From NCBI RefSeq assembly GCF_004010195.1, contig NC_057718.1, positions 83,588,624 through 83,652,623 on the forward strand: a DNA stretch of 64,000 nt, in the 5' to 3' direction. Each line of letters starts with the position of its first letter. Positions within the stretch are counted from its first letter, which is position 1. The notes under the pieces were generated by a model. The model made no database searches. It saw nothing but the letters and a program-made list of their open reading frames with translations, and was not told the DNA's origin. This stretch comes from Chiloscyllium plagiosum (taxonomy: Eukaryota). Both the position numbers and the translations under genes were made by a program. Below, in pieces: positions 53,501-64,000 of this stretch.

Positions 53501-55402
53501 CTCAGGTCTGCTCTGGGATCAGTGATTCACCCTGACCAAACCTGCGCTGTACCAGGTAGGAAGATCGCTGAGAGTCTTGCATTCCTCAGGGATATGATCG
53601 TCTACATGCAGAACAGGCTGTGGACACCTGCCTCATCAGCCTGGACCAGGAGAAAGCCTTTGACAGGATATTGCACACATACATGAGAGAGGTTCTCTCC
53701 AAATTGGATTTTAGGGAGGGTACCTGCAATTGGAAATGATTGCTCTATACCAACATTGTCAGGACAGTCTCAATCAAAGGGTGGGAATGAGAAAGCTTTC
53801 CGATCGGATCCAGAGTCAGGCAGGGCTGCCCTCTCTCTCCTGTCTTATTTATGTGCTGTGCAGAGCCATTTGCTGAGTCTGTCAGAAAGGACGTGAGCCT
53901 GAAAGGGGTGACTATTCATGGCAGCGGGGGCTGACAGGTCAAGGCCTCCCTGGATGACGTCGTCGTTTTCTGCTCAGATCCGCTGTCTGTGCACAGACTC
54001 ATGTCCATCTATGACCAGTTTGAACAGGCATCAGGGGCCAAGATAAACCAAGGCAAGAGCGAGGCCATGCTCTTTGGAAACTGGGCTGACCAATCCTCTA
54101 TCCCCTTCACCGTCAGGACAGACCACCTGAAGGTGCTGGGTATATGGTTTGAAGGGGCTGAGGCCTGTGCCAAGTCTTTGGAGGAGCGTGTCTCCAAAGT
54201 GAGGCAGAAACTGGGCAGATGAGAGCAACGATCACTCTCCGTCATGGGTAAAAACCTGGTCATCAGGTGTGAGGTACTCTCGGCGTTGTTATATGTGGCA
54301 CACGTCTGGCCTATTCCCCGAACCTGCGCCGCCGCCGGAGATCAAAGATGGACCGGGTCCAAAGGAAAACAATGTACAAAGACCTGGACAAAGGCGGATA
54401 AAACACACCCAACACTACCCTCACCCTGATGGCCACCTTTGTGTGTGGCTGCATCAAGCTGCATGTGGATTCCCAGTACACAACACCAAGTGTCACTATA
54501 TACTGAGGTTCTAACTGTCCCCGGTGTTGCAAAGGATGGGCCTGGCCCCCTCCCACGGGATGCTCCAAGTAGTTGGACTGTTCTATATCACCTGTCCCTC
54601 GTGGAGAAATTTGTGAAGAGAAACACCTTTGACTACAGATCCATCAGGAAGTGGTCAGCACGTAGTGTCCTTGAGACCCTTCGGGAAAAGGAGAGGGCAG
54701 ATCCCGTCGAGCGGTTCCCTGAGCAGACTGTCAAAGTCATTTGGCAGAATGCCTCATCGCCAGAACTTTCCAACAAGCACCAAGATATGGCTTGGCTGGT
54801 GATGAGAAGTGCAGTGCCAGCCCGGACTCTCTGTGCTACTGCATGATACCCTCGAAGCGACTGTGGAGGGGACAAAATGGTCACACACCTCCCTCTGGAA
54901 TGTGCCTCTGTAAGGAAAGTCTGGAGAGCAATGCAGTGGTGTTTGTTGAGGTTTGTCTTGAGCAGCTCCATGATGCGGGACTCTGTGCTCTACGGTCTGT
55001 TCCCTGGGACACACACTGAGATGAACATCAACTGTGCCTGGAGGACCATCAACTCGGTCTGCCCGAAACTTGCTGGTCTTCCAGCTGAAGGAACTGACCT
55101 TGACTGAGTGTTGCAGACTGGCACCTTCCAAGGTCCAGGACTAGGTGCTGAGGGAAGTGCTGAAGCTTGGGATAGATGCCGCCAAGGCGCGGTGGTAACG
55201 GGGGCCGATTTAGTAATTGGGCCCCATGGACATCTCAGCTAAAGGCCAAGAAGCCAGATGGTTAACGTACAGAATTGTAAATACCAATGACTCAGTCTGT
55301 TCTCTGAATATAAAGACATATAACGTATACATCTGAATGGCATCATCAACTGTACAGGTACCAAAGATTTCTATGAATAAAGCATATTTTTGAAATAAAA
55401 AC
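50515..55402 (+). mobile_element. Near full-length Tx1-clade non-LTR retrotransposon, disrupted
   Basis: ORF1 with three CX2CX4HX4C knuckles. ORF2 APE endonuclease (ILAGDFN, SRIDY, SDH) and RT (TPGSDGLPVEFY, LDQEKAFD, VRQGCPLSP). Many stops and frameshifts. AATAAA and A-tail at about 55376-55402. Confidence 0.93.
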
Positions 55403-56069
55403 AAGTCTCCAAGAAGAGCACTCAGCTATAGTTCATTTTGCTTTTGTGGTCTGTTTTATAACCATGCAGAGAGATTTATCATTTTGTTTTGTTTTGCTCA
55501 CAGTCTTGTGGGCTGTAGTGATTTTCTTGCTTTTTCTCTTTCCTATTTCTCTAATTTTTTCAGGGAGAGTTATGGATATCTACTCTATTTCAGAAGCTTT
55601 TTAAGCTTCCTGCTCCATATTGTTAAAGCTTGCTATTGGCCAGAGCTTTAACTTTTTTTTGTGATCTTGCTTTTGTGGGACTTTTATTGTCATAAAGGAA
55701 GCTTTTGTTGCTTTAGCCGAGGCCTTAATTTTGTGGGCATCTGTATTGCTACCATTTGGTAACTGTGTAAGTCATTGTGTAAACTATAGAGGGAGCACTA
55801 GAGCATTGTATTATATGCAATGCAATAAAAAAACTTTTTTTTATTGATTAAAGCATTTCGCCAGTATCTTGATGATCCTTATCTTACTCCCTCATGGGAA
55901 TAGTGTGTCGGGTGGCAGGAATCCACATCACATTTACCACAGTGTTTTGAAGTGAAATGTTTAAGGCTTAAACATCAAGGATAAGAGGCTTGTCATCACT
56001 TTTATGCCTAACACAGACATCATCTGCTGAAGGGCTTCCTTCCGAGGAATAAGTGTTTTGTATTTAGAT

Positions 56070-57025
56070 TTTTTGGCAAAAGCTATACTTTATTCATAAA
56101 GTATGGAGAAGGACATTTCAAATTGGACATTGCAGAAATAAACGCAGCAATTCTCGGCTGAGCATGTTTTACTTATAGGTATTAATACATGTAACATCTG
56201 CTATATTGTGTACTTGTACATGATAGTAATGATGCCCTCTTACATGGATTTGTAAATGCTACTTGGCAGACGCATATTGTCATACAACTCCAGCAGGTCT
56301 CAGACTATCAAATCCGACAGAGCTGAATACAACTGTCACTTCCGGCAGTTTTACTCTTCTTAAAGGACTCAAGAATCTGAGCTCATCCAAGAGATAATGG
56401 TTGGTCCAGGCTCTTCCACATGTGTATTGTATAAGATATCCATGACAGAGGACAAGAACTACTGGGAGGCCGTACCTGTCTGTGGACTTTGTGTCACACA
56501 GTCTGCCATTAACAATTTCCTGATGCTCTAAATGTCAAACTGAGCTGATGTTCCCTCACAGCCTTTTTCCTTCAGGATGCTGATCACAGAGATCTCCCTA
56601 TGTGTCATATGAAAGAAGACATGCAAACACTTTTCATTCTACTCCATGGATGGACCCTGGACCAGAGAGTTACCTTGGAGGCAGACAGTGAGGCTTGCTG
56701 GCTCTTCACCTCATAGAAATCGTCCTTGACATCAGACCCCTTCAGCTGCAGCAGAAGTAGGTTCTGCATGTTTTGCTGGAGTTGGGACAATTACATTGTT
56801 TTTTCTCTGCCTTGTGAAAAACTTTGAGGATGAAGAACCCTCTGATGTTCCCCTTGACTGCTTCCTACCAGTGCACTGGAGACGACCAGCAGGAGTGAGG
56901 AATGCTGAAAAATGACCAGCTGCTCACTGGTAAGAGAGCCTTTGTACATAATGCACACTGCTAGATAGTGCCCATCCACCAGCTCCTTTTGTACAGAGAT
57001 GGTGAAAGTCATTCCCTGCAGCACA
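56070..57025 (-). mobile_element. Old, internally deleted Tx1 remnant
   Basis: SQLQQNMQNLLLLQ..EVKSQQASL matches ORF 52641-53441; same 3' end motif. Confidence 0.7.
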
Positions 57026-57078
57026 ATAAAAACCAAAAGAACTGCGGATGCTGTAAATCAGAAACAAAAGTAGAAATT

Positions 57079-58135
57079 GCCCCTCAAAGATCAATAAGGT
57101 AGCCTGTGTGTGGAGCCACAGGAAATGGGGGAGATACTAAACAAGCATTTTGCATCAGTGTTTACTGTTGAGAAGGTCATGGAAGATATAGAGTGTGGGG
57201 AAATCGATGGTGATATCTTGAAAAATGTCCATATTACAGAAAATAAGATGCTGAATGTCCAAAAACGCATAAAGCTGGATAAACCTCCAGGACCTGATCA
57301 GGTGTACCCTAGACGTCTATGGAAAACTAGGGAAGTGATTGTATAGTCCCATGCTGAGATATTTGTATCATTGATAGTCACAGGTGAAGAACCAGAAGAC
57401 TGGAGATTGGCTAATGTGGTGCCACTATTTAAGGAAGGTGGTAAGGAAAAGCCAGGGAACAAGACAAGGTGAGCTTGACATCATTGGTGGGCATGCTGTT
57501 GGAGGGAATCCTGAGGAACAGGATTCGCTATTATTTGGAAAAGTGAGGACTGATTAGGGATAGTCAACATGGCTTTGTGCATGGGAAATCATGTCTCACT
57601 GACTTGATTGAGTTTTTTGAAGAATCCTATTGGAAGGATGTTGTGAAACTTGAAAGGTTCAGAAAAGATTTACAAAGATGTTGCCAGGGTTGGAGGATTT
57701 GAACTATAAGGAAAGGCTGAATAGGCTGGGGTTGTTTTCCCTGGAGCATCAGAGGCTGAGGGGTGACTTTATAGTGGTTTATAAAACTATGAGGGACATG
57801 GATGAGGTAAACAGACAAGGTCTTTTCCCTCGAGTGGGGGAGTCCAGAACTAGAGGGCATAGGTTTATGGTGAGAAGGGAAAGATGTAAAAGAGACCTAA
57901 TGGGCAACGTTTTCACACAGAGGGTGGTACGAGTATGGAATGAGCTGCCAGAGGAGGTGGTGGAGGCTGGTACAATTACAACATTTAAAAGGCATCTGGT
58001 TGTATATATGAATAGGAAGGGTTAGAGGATATGGGCCAAGTGCAGGCAAATGGGACTAGATTAAGTTGGGATGTCTGGTCAGCATGGACCAGTTGGACCG
58101 AAGGGTCTGTTTCCATGCTGTACATCTCTATGACT
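57079..58135 (+). mobile_element. CR1 ORF2 3' part (internal deletion near 57624)
   Basis: LNKHFASVFT, PGPDQVYPR and RLNRLGLFSLE motifs; tail. Confidence 0.9.
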
Positions 58136-58365
58136 ACCCTGATGGAGAATGGATGTATCATGGGATATTATGTCCATGGTAAAGAGGAGGTGCTTGGAGC
58201 CTGCAAACTGCAAATCTGAAACTGATGAAAAACTGTCAGAGCTCCTGCAGATGTAAATGGAAAAGGATTGGTCAAGTGAAGTGAAAATTGAGTCGAGAAA
58301 GGAAGAGATGAGCCCTGTGGGGCAGGAGTAGGTAGAAATGATGCATCTGCCCATGCAATTGTGTT
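58136..58365 (-). mobile_element. Penelope-like RT fragment
   Basis: GRCIISTYSCPTGLISSFLDSIF...LLFTMDI, similar to 63680-64000. Confidence 0.7.
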
Positions 58366-59410
58366 CATAGAGTCATAGAGATGTGCAGCATGGAAACAGA
58401 CCCTTCGGTCCAGCCTGTCCACTCCGACCAGATATCCCAACCCAATCTAGTCCCACCTGCCAGCACCGGACCCATATCCCTCCAAACCCTTCCTATTATT
58501 ATACCCATCCAAATGCCTCTTAAATGTTGTAATTGTACCAGCCTTCACCATATCCTCTGGCAGCTCATTCCATACTCGTACCACCGTCTGTGTGAAAAAG
58601 TTGCCCCTTAGATCTCTTTTATATCTTTCCCCTTTCACCCTAAACCTATGCCCTCTAGTTCTGGACTCCCCAACCCCAGGGAAAAGACTTTGCCTATTTA
58701 CCCTATTCATAAACCTGCACTCCAAGGTCTCTTTGTTCAGCAACACTCCATAGGATCTTACTATTAAGTGTATAAGTCCTGCTAAGATTTGCTTTCCCAA
58801 AATGCAGCATCTCCCATTTATGTGAATTAAACTCCATCTGCCACTTCTCAGCCTATTGGCCCATCTGGTCAAGATCCTGTTGTAATTTGAGGTAACCCTC
58901 TTCGCTGTCCACTATACCTCCAATTTTGGACTCATCTGCAACTTACTAACTGTATCACTTATGCTCGCATCCAAATCATATATGTAAATGACAAAAAGTA
59001 GAGGACGCAGTACCGATCCTTGTGGCACTCCACTGGTCACAGGCCTCCAGCCTGAAAAACAACCCTCCACCACCACCCTCTTCGACCTTTGAGCCAGTTC
59101 TGTATCCAAATGGCTAGTTCTCCCTGTATTCCGTGAGATCTATCCTTGCTAATCAGTCTCCCATGGGGAACCTTGTCGAACGCCTTACTGAAGTCCATAT
59201 AGATCACATCTACCGCTCTGCCCTTATCAATCATAGAACATAGAACATAGAAAAGTCCAGCACAGAACAGGCCCTTTGACCCATGATGTTGTGCCAAGGA
59301 TTATTCCTAACCTAAAATAAAACAACCTAACCTATGTACCCCTCAATTCACTGTTGTCCATGTGCATGTCCAGCAGTCGCTTAAGTGTCCCTCATGACTC
59401 TGCTTCCATC
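58366..59410 (-). mobile_element. Two CR1 3' fragments (58366-59232 and 59233-59410)
   Basis: YMDFSKAFDKVPH and SGVPQGSVL motifs; two separate tails. Confidence 0.88.
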
Positions 59411-60336
59411 ACCACAGTCTTCTGTGGCTATCTCCATTTCAAACCAATACACTGTTTTGGAAAATGGTTTCTCAGGGGAATGTAGCACGAACAGCCAGGT
59501 TTCTGGTATCGAAACTGGCTGTAATGCAATGAGGCGTACGTCGAGTTCCAAGAGATCAATTGTGTTAGGGGACTCTCTAGTCCGAGACACAGATAGACGT
59601 TTCTGTGGCCAGCAGCGAAAAATCAGAATGGTGTGTGCCAGGATCAAGGATGTCTCAGAGAGGGTGCAGAATGTTCTCAAGGGGGAGAGCGACCAGCAGG
59701 AGGTCATTGTACACATTGGAACCAATGACATAGGAAGGCAAAAAGATGAGATTCTGACAGGACAATATAGAGCGTTAGGCAGGAATTTAAAAAGGAGATC
59801 CTCAAGAGTAGTAATATCTGGATTACTCTTGGTGCTGCGAGCTCGTGAGGGTAGGAATAAGAAGATAGTGCAGATGAATGCATGTCTGAGGAGCTGGTGT
59901 ATGGGAGAAGGATTCACATTTTTGGGTCTTTGGAATCTCTTCTGGGATAGAAGTGACCCGTACAAGAAGGACAGATTGCACCTGAATTGGAAGGGGACTA
60001 ATATGCTGGCAGGGAGATTTGCTAGAGCTGCTCAGGAGGATTTAAAGTATTAAGGTGGAGGGGTGAGACCCAGGGGGATACTGAGGAAAGAGATCAATCT
60101 GAGGCTGGTACAGTTGAGAAAAGCAGCAAGTCAAACAGTCAGAGCAGGCAGAAACAAAGCAGAGAACAACGTAGGGCTGATAAATTAAACTGCATTTACT
60201 TAAGATGGAAATCAGGAGGGCAAAAAGGGGACATGAGATAGCTTTGGCAAATAGAGTTAAAGAGATTCAAATTTTACAAATACATTAAGGATAAAAGGAT
60301 AAAAGGGTAACTAGGGAGAGAATAGGGCCCCTCAAA
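59411..60336 (+). mobile_element. CR1 ORF1 SGNH esterase region plus start of a deleted ORF2
   Basis: IVLGDSLVR, HIGTND and DRLHLN (SGNH/GDSL blocks typical of CR1 ORF1). Confidence 0.85.
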
Positions 60337-60366
60337 TCTTTCGCCTTTTACTAAAGATTTCCGTGG
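60334..60366 (+). ncRNA. RNU5: U5 snRNA segment (stem Ic and loop 1), 5'-truncated, running into the gap
   Basis: AAATCTTTCGCCTTTTACTAAAGATTTCCGTGG matches the recalled vertebrate U5 sequence, including invariant loop 1 GCCUUUUAC. Confidence 0.8.
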
Positions 60367-60866
60367 NNNNNNNNNNNNNNNNNNNNNNNNNNNNNNNNNN
60401 NNNNNNNNNNNNNNNNNNNNNNNNNNNNNNNNNNNNNNNNNNNNNNNNNNNNNNNNNNNNNNNNNNNNNNNNNNNNNNNNNNNNNNNNNNNNNNNNNNNN
60501 NNNNNNNNNNNNNNNNNNNNNNNNNNNNNNNNNNNNNNNNNNNNNNNNNNNNNNNNNNNNNNNNNNNNNNNNNNNNNNNNNNNNNNNNNNNNNNNNNNNN
60601 NNNNNNNNNNNNNNNNNNNNNNNNNNNNNNNNNNNNNNNNNNNNNNNNNNNNNNNNNNNNNNNNNNNNNNNNNNNNNNNNNNNNNNNNNNNNNNNNNNNN
60701 NNNNNNNNNNNNNNNNNNNNNNNNNNNNNNNNNNNNNNNNNNNNNNNNNNNNNNNNNNNNNNNNNNNNNNNNNNNNNNNNNNNNNNNNNNNNNNNNNNNN
60801 NNNNNNNNNNNNNNNNNNNNNNNNNNNNNNNNNNNNNNNNNNNNNNNNNNNNNNNNNNNNNNNNNN
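60367..60866. other. Assembly gap (500 N)
   Basis: Run of N. Confidence 1.
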
Positions 60867-61119
60867 GCATGAATTCCAAAAAGCTCGTACAGGTATTCAA
60901 TTTCAGCAAGTAATGGGGAAGGCAAATTGAATATTTACTCTTATTTCAAAGGACGTCAAGTATAAAAGTAGGGAAGTTTCGCTAAAACTATACAATGCGC
61001 TTGTTGGACCTCAGCTGGAATACTGTGAACAGATTTGGGACACTGATTTAAGGATATTGACACTTGAAGTAGCCAACAGAAGGCACACGAGGTTGATACC
61101 CCGTTTGAAAGTGTGAGGG

Positions 61120-62070
61120 AACTGCCCACCGACCCCATTCGCACAACTTGAGTCATGTGAGACAGACAGGCTTTTCAGGTGCCAGCGTGCCTGCTTCAAC
61201 TATCCTCCACTGGCAATATATTCCAGGCTTCCACCATTCTCTGGGCGAAAGATTTTCCCCGTACTTCTCCCCTAAACCTTCCCCCCTCACCTTGAACCTG
61301 TGCTGTCTTGCAGTTGATCTTTCATCCAGCTTCTAACAATCTGCCCCATCAATGCCTGTCATAATTTGTAAACCTCAATCTAGCCACCCCAAGCCTCTGT
61401 ATTTCCAGTGAAAACCATCCGAGTTTATCCAATGTCTCCTCGTAACTGAAATTCCAGACCAGGCAACATCCTGGTAAATCTTCTCTGGACCCTCTCTGAA
61501 GCATCCATATCCTTCTGGTAGATTGGTGACCAGAACTACACACAATATACCAAAGGTAGCCTCACTCAAGTTATGTACCATTGTAACAGAACTTGCCAAC
61601 ATTTATATTCGATGGGTTGGCCGATGAAGGCAAGCGTGCTGTATTCCTTCCTGACCACTTTATTCACCTGTGCTGCCACTTTCAGGGATCTGTCGACCTG
61701 TACACCCAGAACCCTCTGTATGTCAATGCTCCTAACGGTTCTGCCATTTATTGTACAATTTGCACCTGAATTTGATCTTCCAAAATGCATCACCTCACAT
61801 TTGTCCGGATTAAACTCAATTTCTCTACCCAAATCTGCAATCTCACTATATCCCACTGTAACCTTTGATCATCCTCCTCACTATCTGCAACTCTCATCAA
61901 TTTTGGTGTCATCCACAAACATACTAAACAGACCACATGCATATTCCTTCTAATTAATTATAGATACAACAAACAATATAGGCCCCAGCACTGATCCCTG
62001 TTGACAACCACTACTGACTGATCTCCATTCCGAAAGGCACCCTTCCACAACTACTGTCTTTTATGAATAG
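61120..62070 (-). mobile_element. CR1 LINE 3' part (a + strand CR1 piece lies at 60867-61120)
   Basis: EFNPDKCEVMHFGR and LGVQVDRSLKVAAQV motifs. Confidence 0.85.
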
Positions 62071-62602
62071 CATATTTTCTGATGGACTTGGCAAACAGTT
62101 CTGTGGGACACAAGAAACAGGCCAGAGGAGAAAGGTTCGCCCTATCTGACACATGGTATGAGAGGAAAGATTTATGCTTCCCATCCATTGATTGAAACTA
62201 TTTTGAAATTTGTAATTGACCACACTTTTTAGAGAAGTGTTCTGCAGGTTTCATTGCCTATTGCATATCCCTGAAAGAGTGAGATCAATTTTAAGACTTA
62301 ATCTATATTTCTATATTTGAAAATAAGTTCCCTCGTCCATTCTACCAACTCCTTTCATCAAGAAAACAGCTAAATTTTATTATCCCTTCATCTTCTACAT
62401 TCAATGGAGTCTTTTTAAATGAATACTTAATTGTACAACTGAGATTGATTGAAATTTTTTAGTAACGGCTGCAGTTAGTTGCAAAACTTAGATGGGAAGG
62501 TGGAGTTAAGAGGAGGATCAGCCATGAGTTAAAGGGGTTGGAACAGGCAAATAGCCAACTCCTGTTCCGATGTTCCCATCTGCACAGTTTACTCTGCCAT
62601 GT

Positions 62603-62726
62603 TGAAGAGCTTATGCCCGAAACATCGACTGTCCTGCTCCTTGGATGCTGCCTGACTTGCTGTGCTTTTTCCAGTGCCACATGTTTTGATTTTGACTCTC
62701 CAGCATCTGCAGGCCTCACTTTCTCC
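62603..62726 (+). mobile_element. PLE family A pLTR fragment
   Basis: GCTTATGCCCGAAACATCG...CCTCACTTTCTCC; 5' half of the hammerhead lost. Confidence 0.8.
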
Positions 62727-63059
62727 ACATTATATTGATGAGCAATTTTGGAAAGGCAGTCCTTTCAAGCTTTACAATAACAGCTTATAAATATCATAAA
62801 AATACAAGAGTCCTGAGGGACATCACAACACTCTCGTTTAAATTGACTTTCTCCTCACTCTTCACAGGTTCTTTCATTAAAAAAAAACTTGATGAGAACA
62901 AAGAGTGAGAGAGGCTGTGGTCATCTCCTCGTTTGAACAGTAAACAACACAGAACTGACTATCTGCAATGTCATTTCCTGCAGGGAAAGACACGGAGGCC
63001 CCATTCCTTCATCTTCATCACTAGAATATAACTGTACAAAAAGAAAATAGTTATTCCTC

Positions 63060-63435
63060 AAGATACAAGGTAATGAGAGGAAGAGTTACAATGTACTAGG
63101 TAATGAGAGGCATAGATAGATTAGGTAGCCAGAGACTTTACCCGAGGGCAGAAATGGCTGTCACGAGCAGTCACAATTTTAAGGTAATTGAATAAGGTAG
63201 AGGTGAGATGTCAGAGGTTGTATCTTTATGCAGAGAGTGGTGTGTGTGTGAAATGCACTGCCTGTGGTGGTAATGTAGTCAGAGACATTAGGGATATTTA
63301 AGTGACTGCTGGACAAGCACATGGACGGCAGTAAATTGAGGCATGTGTAGGTTAGGTTGATCTTAGGTTAAGATAAATGCTCGGTACAACTTCATGGGCT
63401 GAGGGGCCTGTACTGTTCTATGTTCTATGTTCCTT
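63060..63435 (+). mobile_element. CR1 3' fragment
   Basis: Reverse complement of the 6385-6760 type; (TGTTCTA)n tail. Confidence 0.8.
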
Positions 63436-63590
63436 CTGTGGGAAATGAACTATTTTCTACTATTGCACTCAATTTTATTTACATTGTTTGTTCCTTAGTA
63501 TCGACATTGATTATCAGTGTGGTCACTCAACATGATGCTAAAGAGCTACGAGTGTAATGGATTGAGGGTAAAGTTAGCAATTTATTTAAC

Positions 63591-63663
63591 ATACTATAGT
63601 TTCTCTGCAGCTTGTATAAGTCTTTTGCCTTTTACTAAAGACTTCTGTGGAGATAAACACTCC
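63591..63663 (+). pseudogene. RNU5: U5 snRNA variant or pseudogene, 5' end intact, lacking the Sm site and 3' stem-loop
   Basis: ATACTATAGTTTCTCTGCAGCTTGTATAAGTCTTTTGCCTTTTACTAAAGACTTCTGTGGAGATAAACAC aligns to roughly U5 nt 1-70. Confidence 0.8.
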
Positions 63664-63674
63664 ACAGAATAATC

Positions 63675-64000
63675 CCTCTGCTTGGCTCTACTGCTTCCCC
63701 AAGATCCACAAGTCCAACTACCTCGGCTGACCCATTGTCTCCGCGTGCTCCTGTCGCACTGAACTAATTTCTTCCTGCCTCAACTCTATTCTCTTCCCCC
63801 TTGGTCTCGGCACTTCCAATCTACATCCAGGACATAAATTATGCTCTCCACTTCTTCAGAAACTTACAGTTCCCTGGCCCCCAGGAGCTTCATCTTTACT
63901 TTGGACATGCAGTCCCTATACATGACCTTATACTGCAATGTTGGCTTGCAGGCCCTCAGTTTTTACCTCTCCAACGGACCCATCCGGATCTCTCCACATC
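63675..64000 (+). mobile_element. Penelope-like RT fragment, continuing past the right edge
   Basis: FPKIHK..PIVSACSCRTELISSCLNSIL...FPGP. Confidence 0.8.

Noticed and set aside
50514..55417. TSD GTCTTCATGAAGA/GTCTCCAAGAAGA around the Tx1 element
   Set aside because: Two mismatches, and the left copy overlaps ORF1-coding sequence, so it may be chance or microhomology.
59385..60053. 222-aa SGNH esterase as a host gene
   Set aside because: Flanked by CR1 sequence; this is the CR1 ORF1 esterase domain.
60274..60925. ORFs of 169-211 aa
   Set aside because: Artefacts of the N gap.
62925..63050. Minus-strand acceptor followed by LYSSDEDEG... (possible terminal exon of a neighbour such as THUMPD2)
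   Set aside because: Short, and I cannot match it to any known protein.

Overview
Eukaryotic DNA, very probably from a shark or other elasmobranch (inferred from HE1-type V-SINEs, Deu-domain SINEs and abundant CR1 LINEs). It contains one clear host gene: four-exon TMEM178A on the + strand (CDS 21181-21631, 40098-40211, 41656-41793, 45484-45725; 945 nt, 314 aa), with a CpG-rich first exon. The rest is mostly nested retroelements: the 5' end of a young L1 (ORF1, YY1 box), many CR1 and L2 fragments, a near-full-length but disrupted Tx1-clade element with a ZCCHC3-like ORF1, a decayed Mag-like Gypsy provirus in intron 1, Penelope-like elements (PLEs) and a Rex1/Babar end. There is a 500-N gap. 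Signals most worth follow-up: (1) four families of PLE-derived units carrying minimal hammerhead ribozyme motifs, often as TSD-flanked palindromes, three with intact cores; (2) a Tx1-like element that appears to insert repeatedly into one motif of the Gypsy LTR and to carry copies of that motif in its tail; (3) two U5 snRNA-derived segments, one with a PSE-like box and a compensatory stem change, the other running into the gap; (4) a start-stop uORF and G-quadruplex tract just upstream of the TMEM178A start. Family assignments come from recalled motifs, not database searches, and repeat boundaries are approximate.
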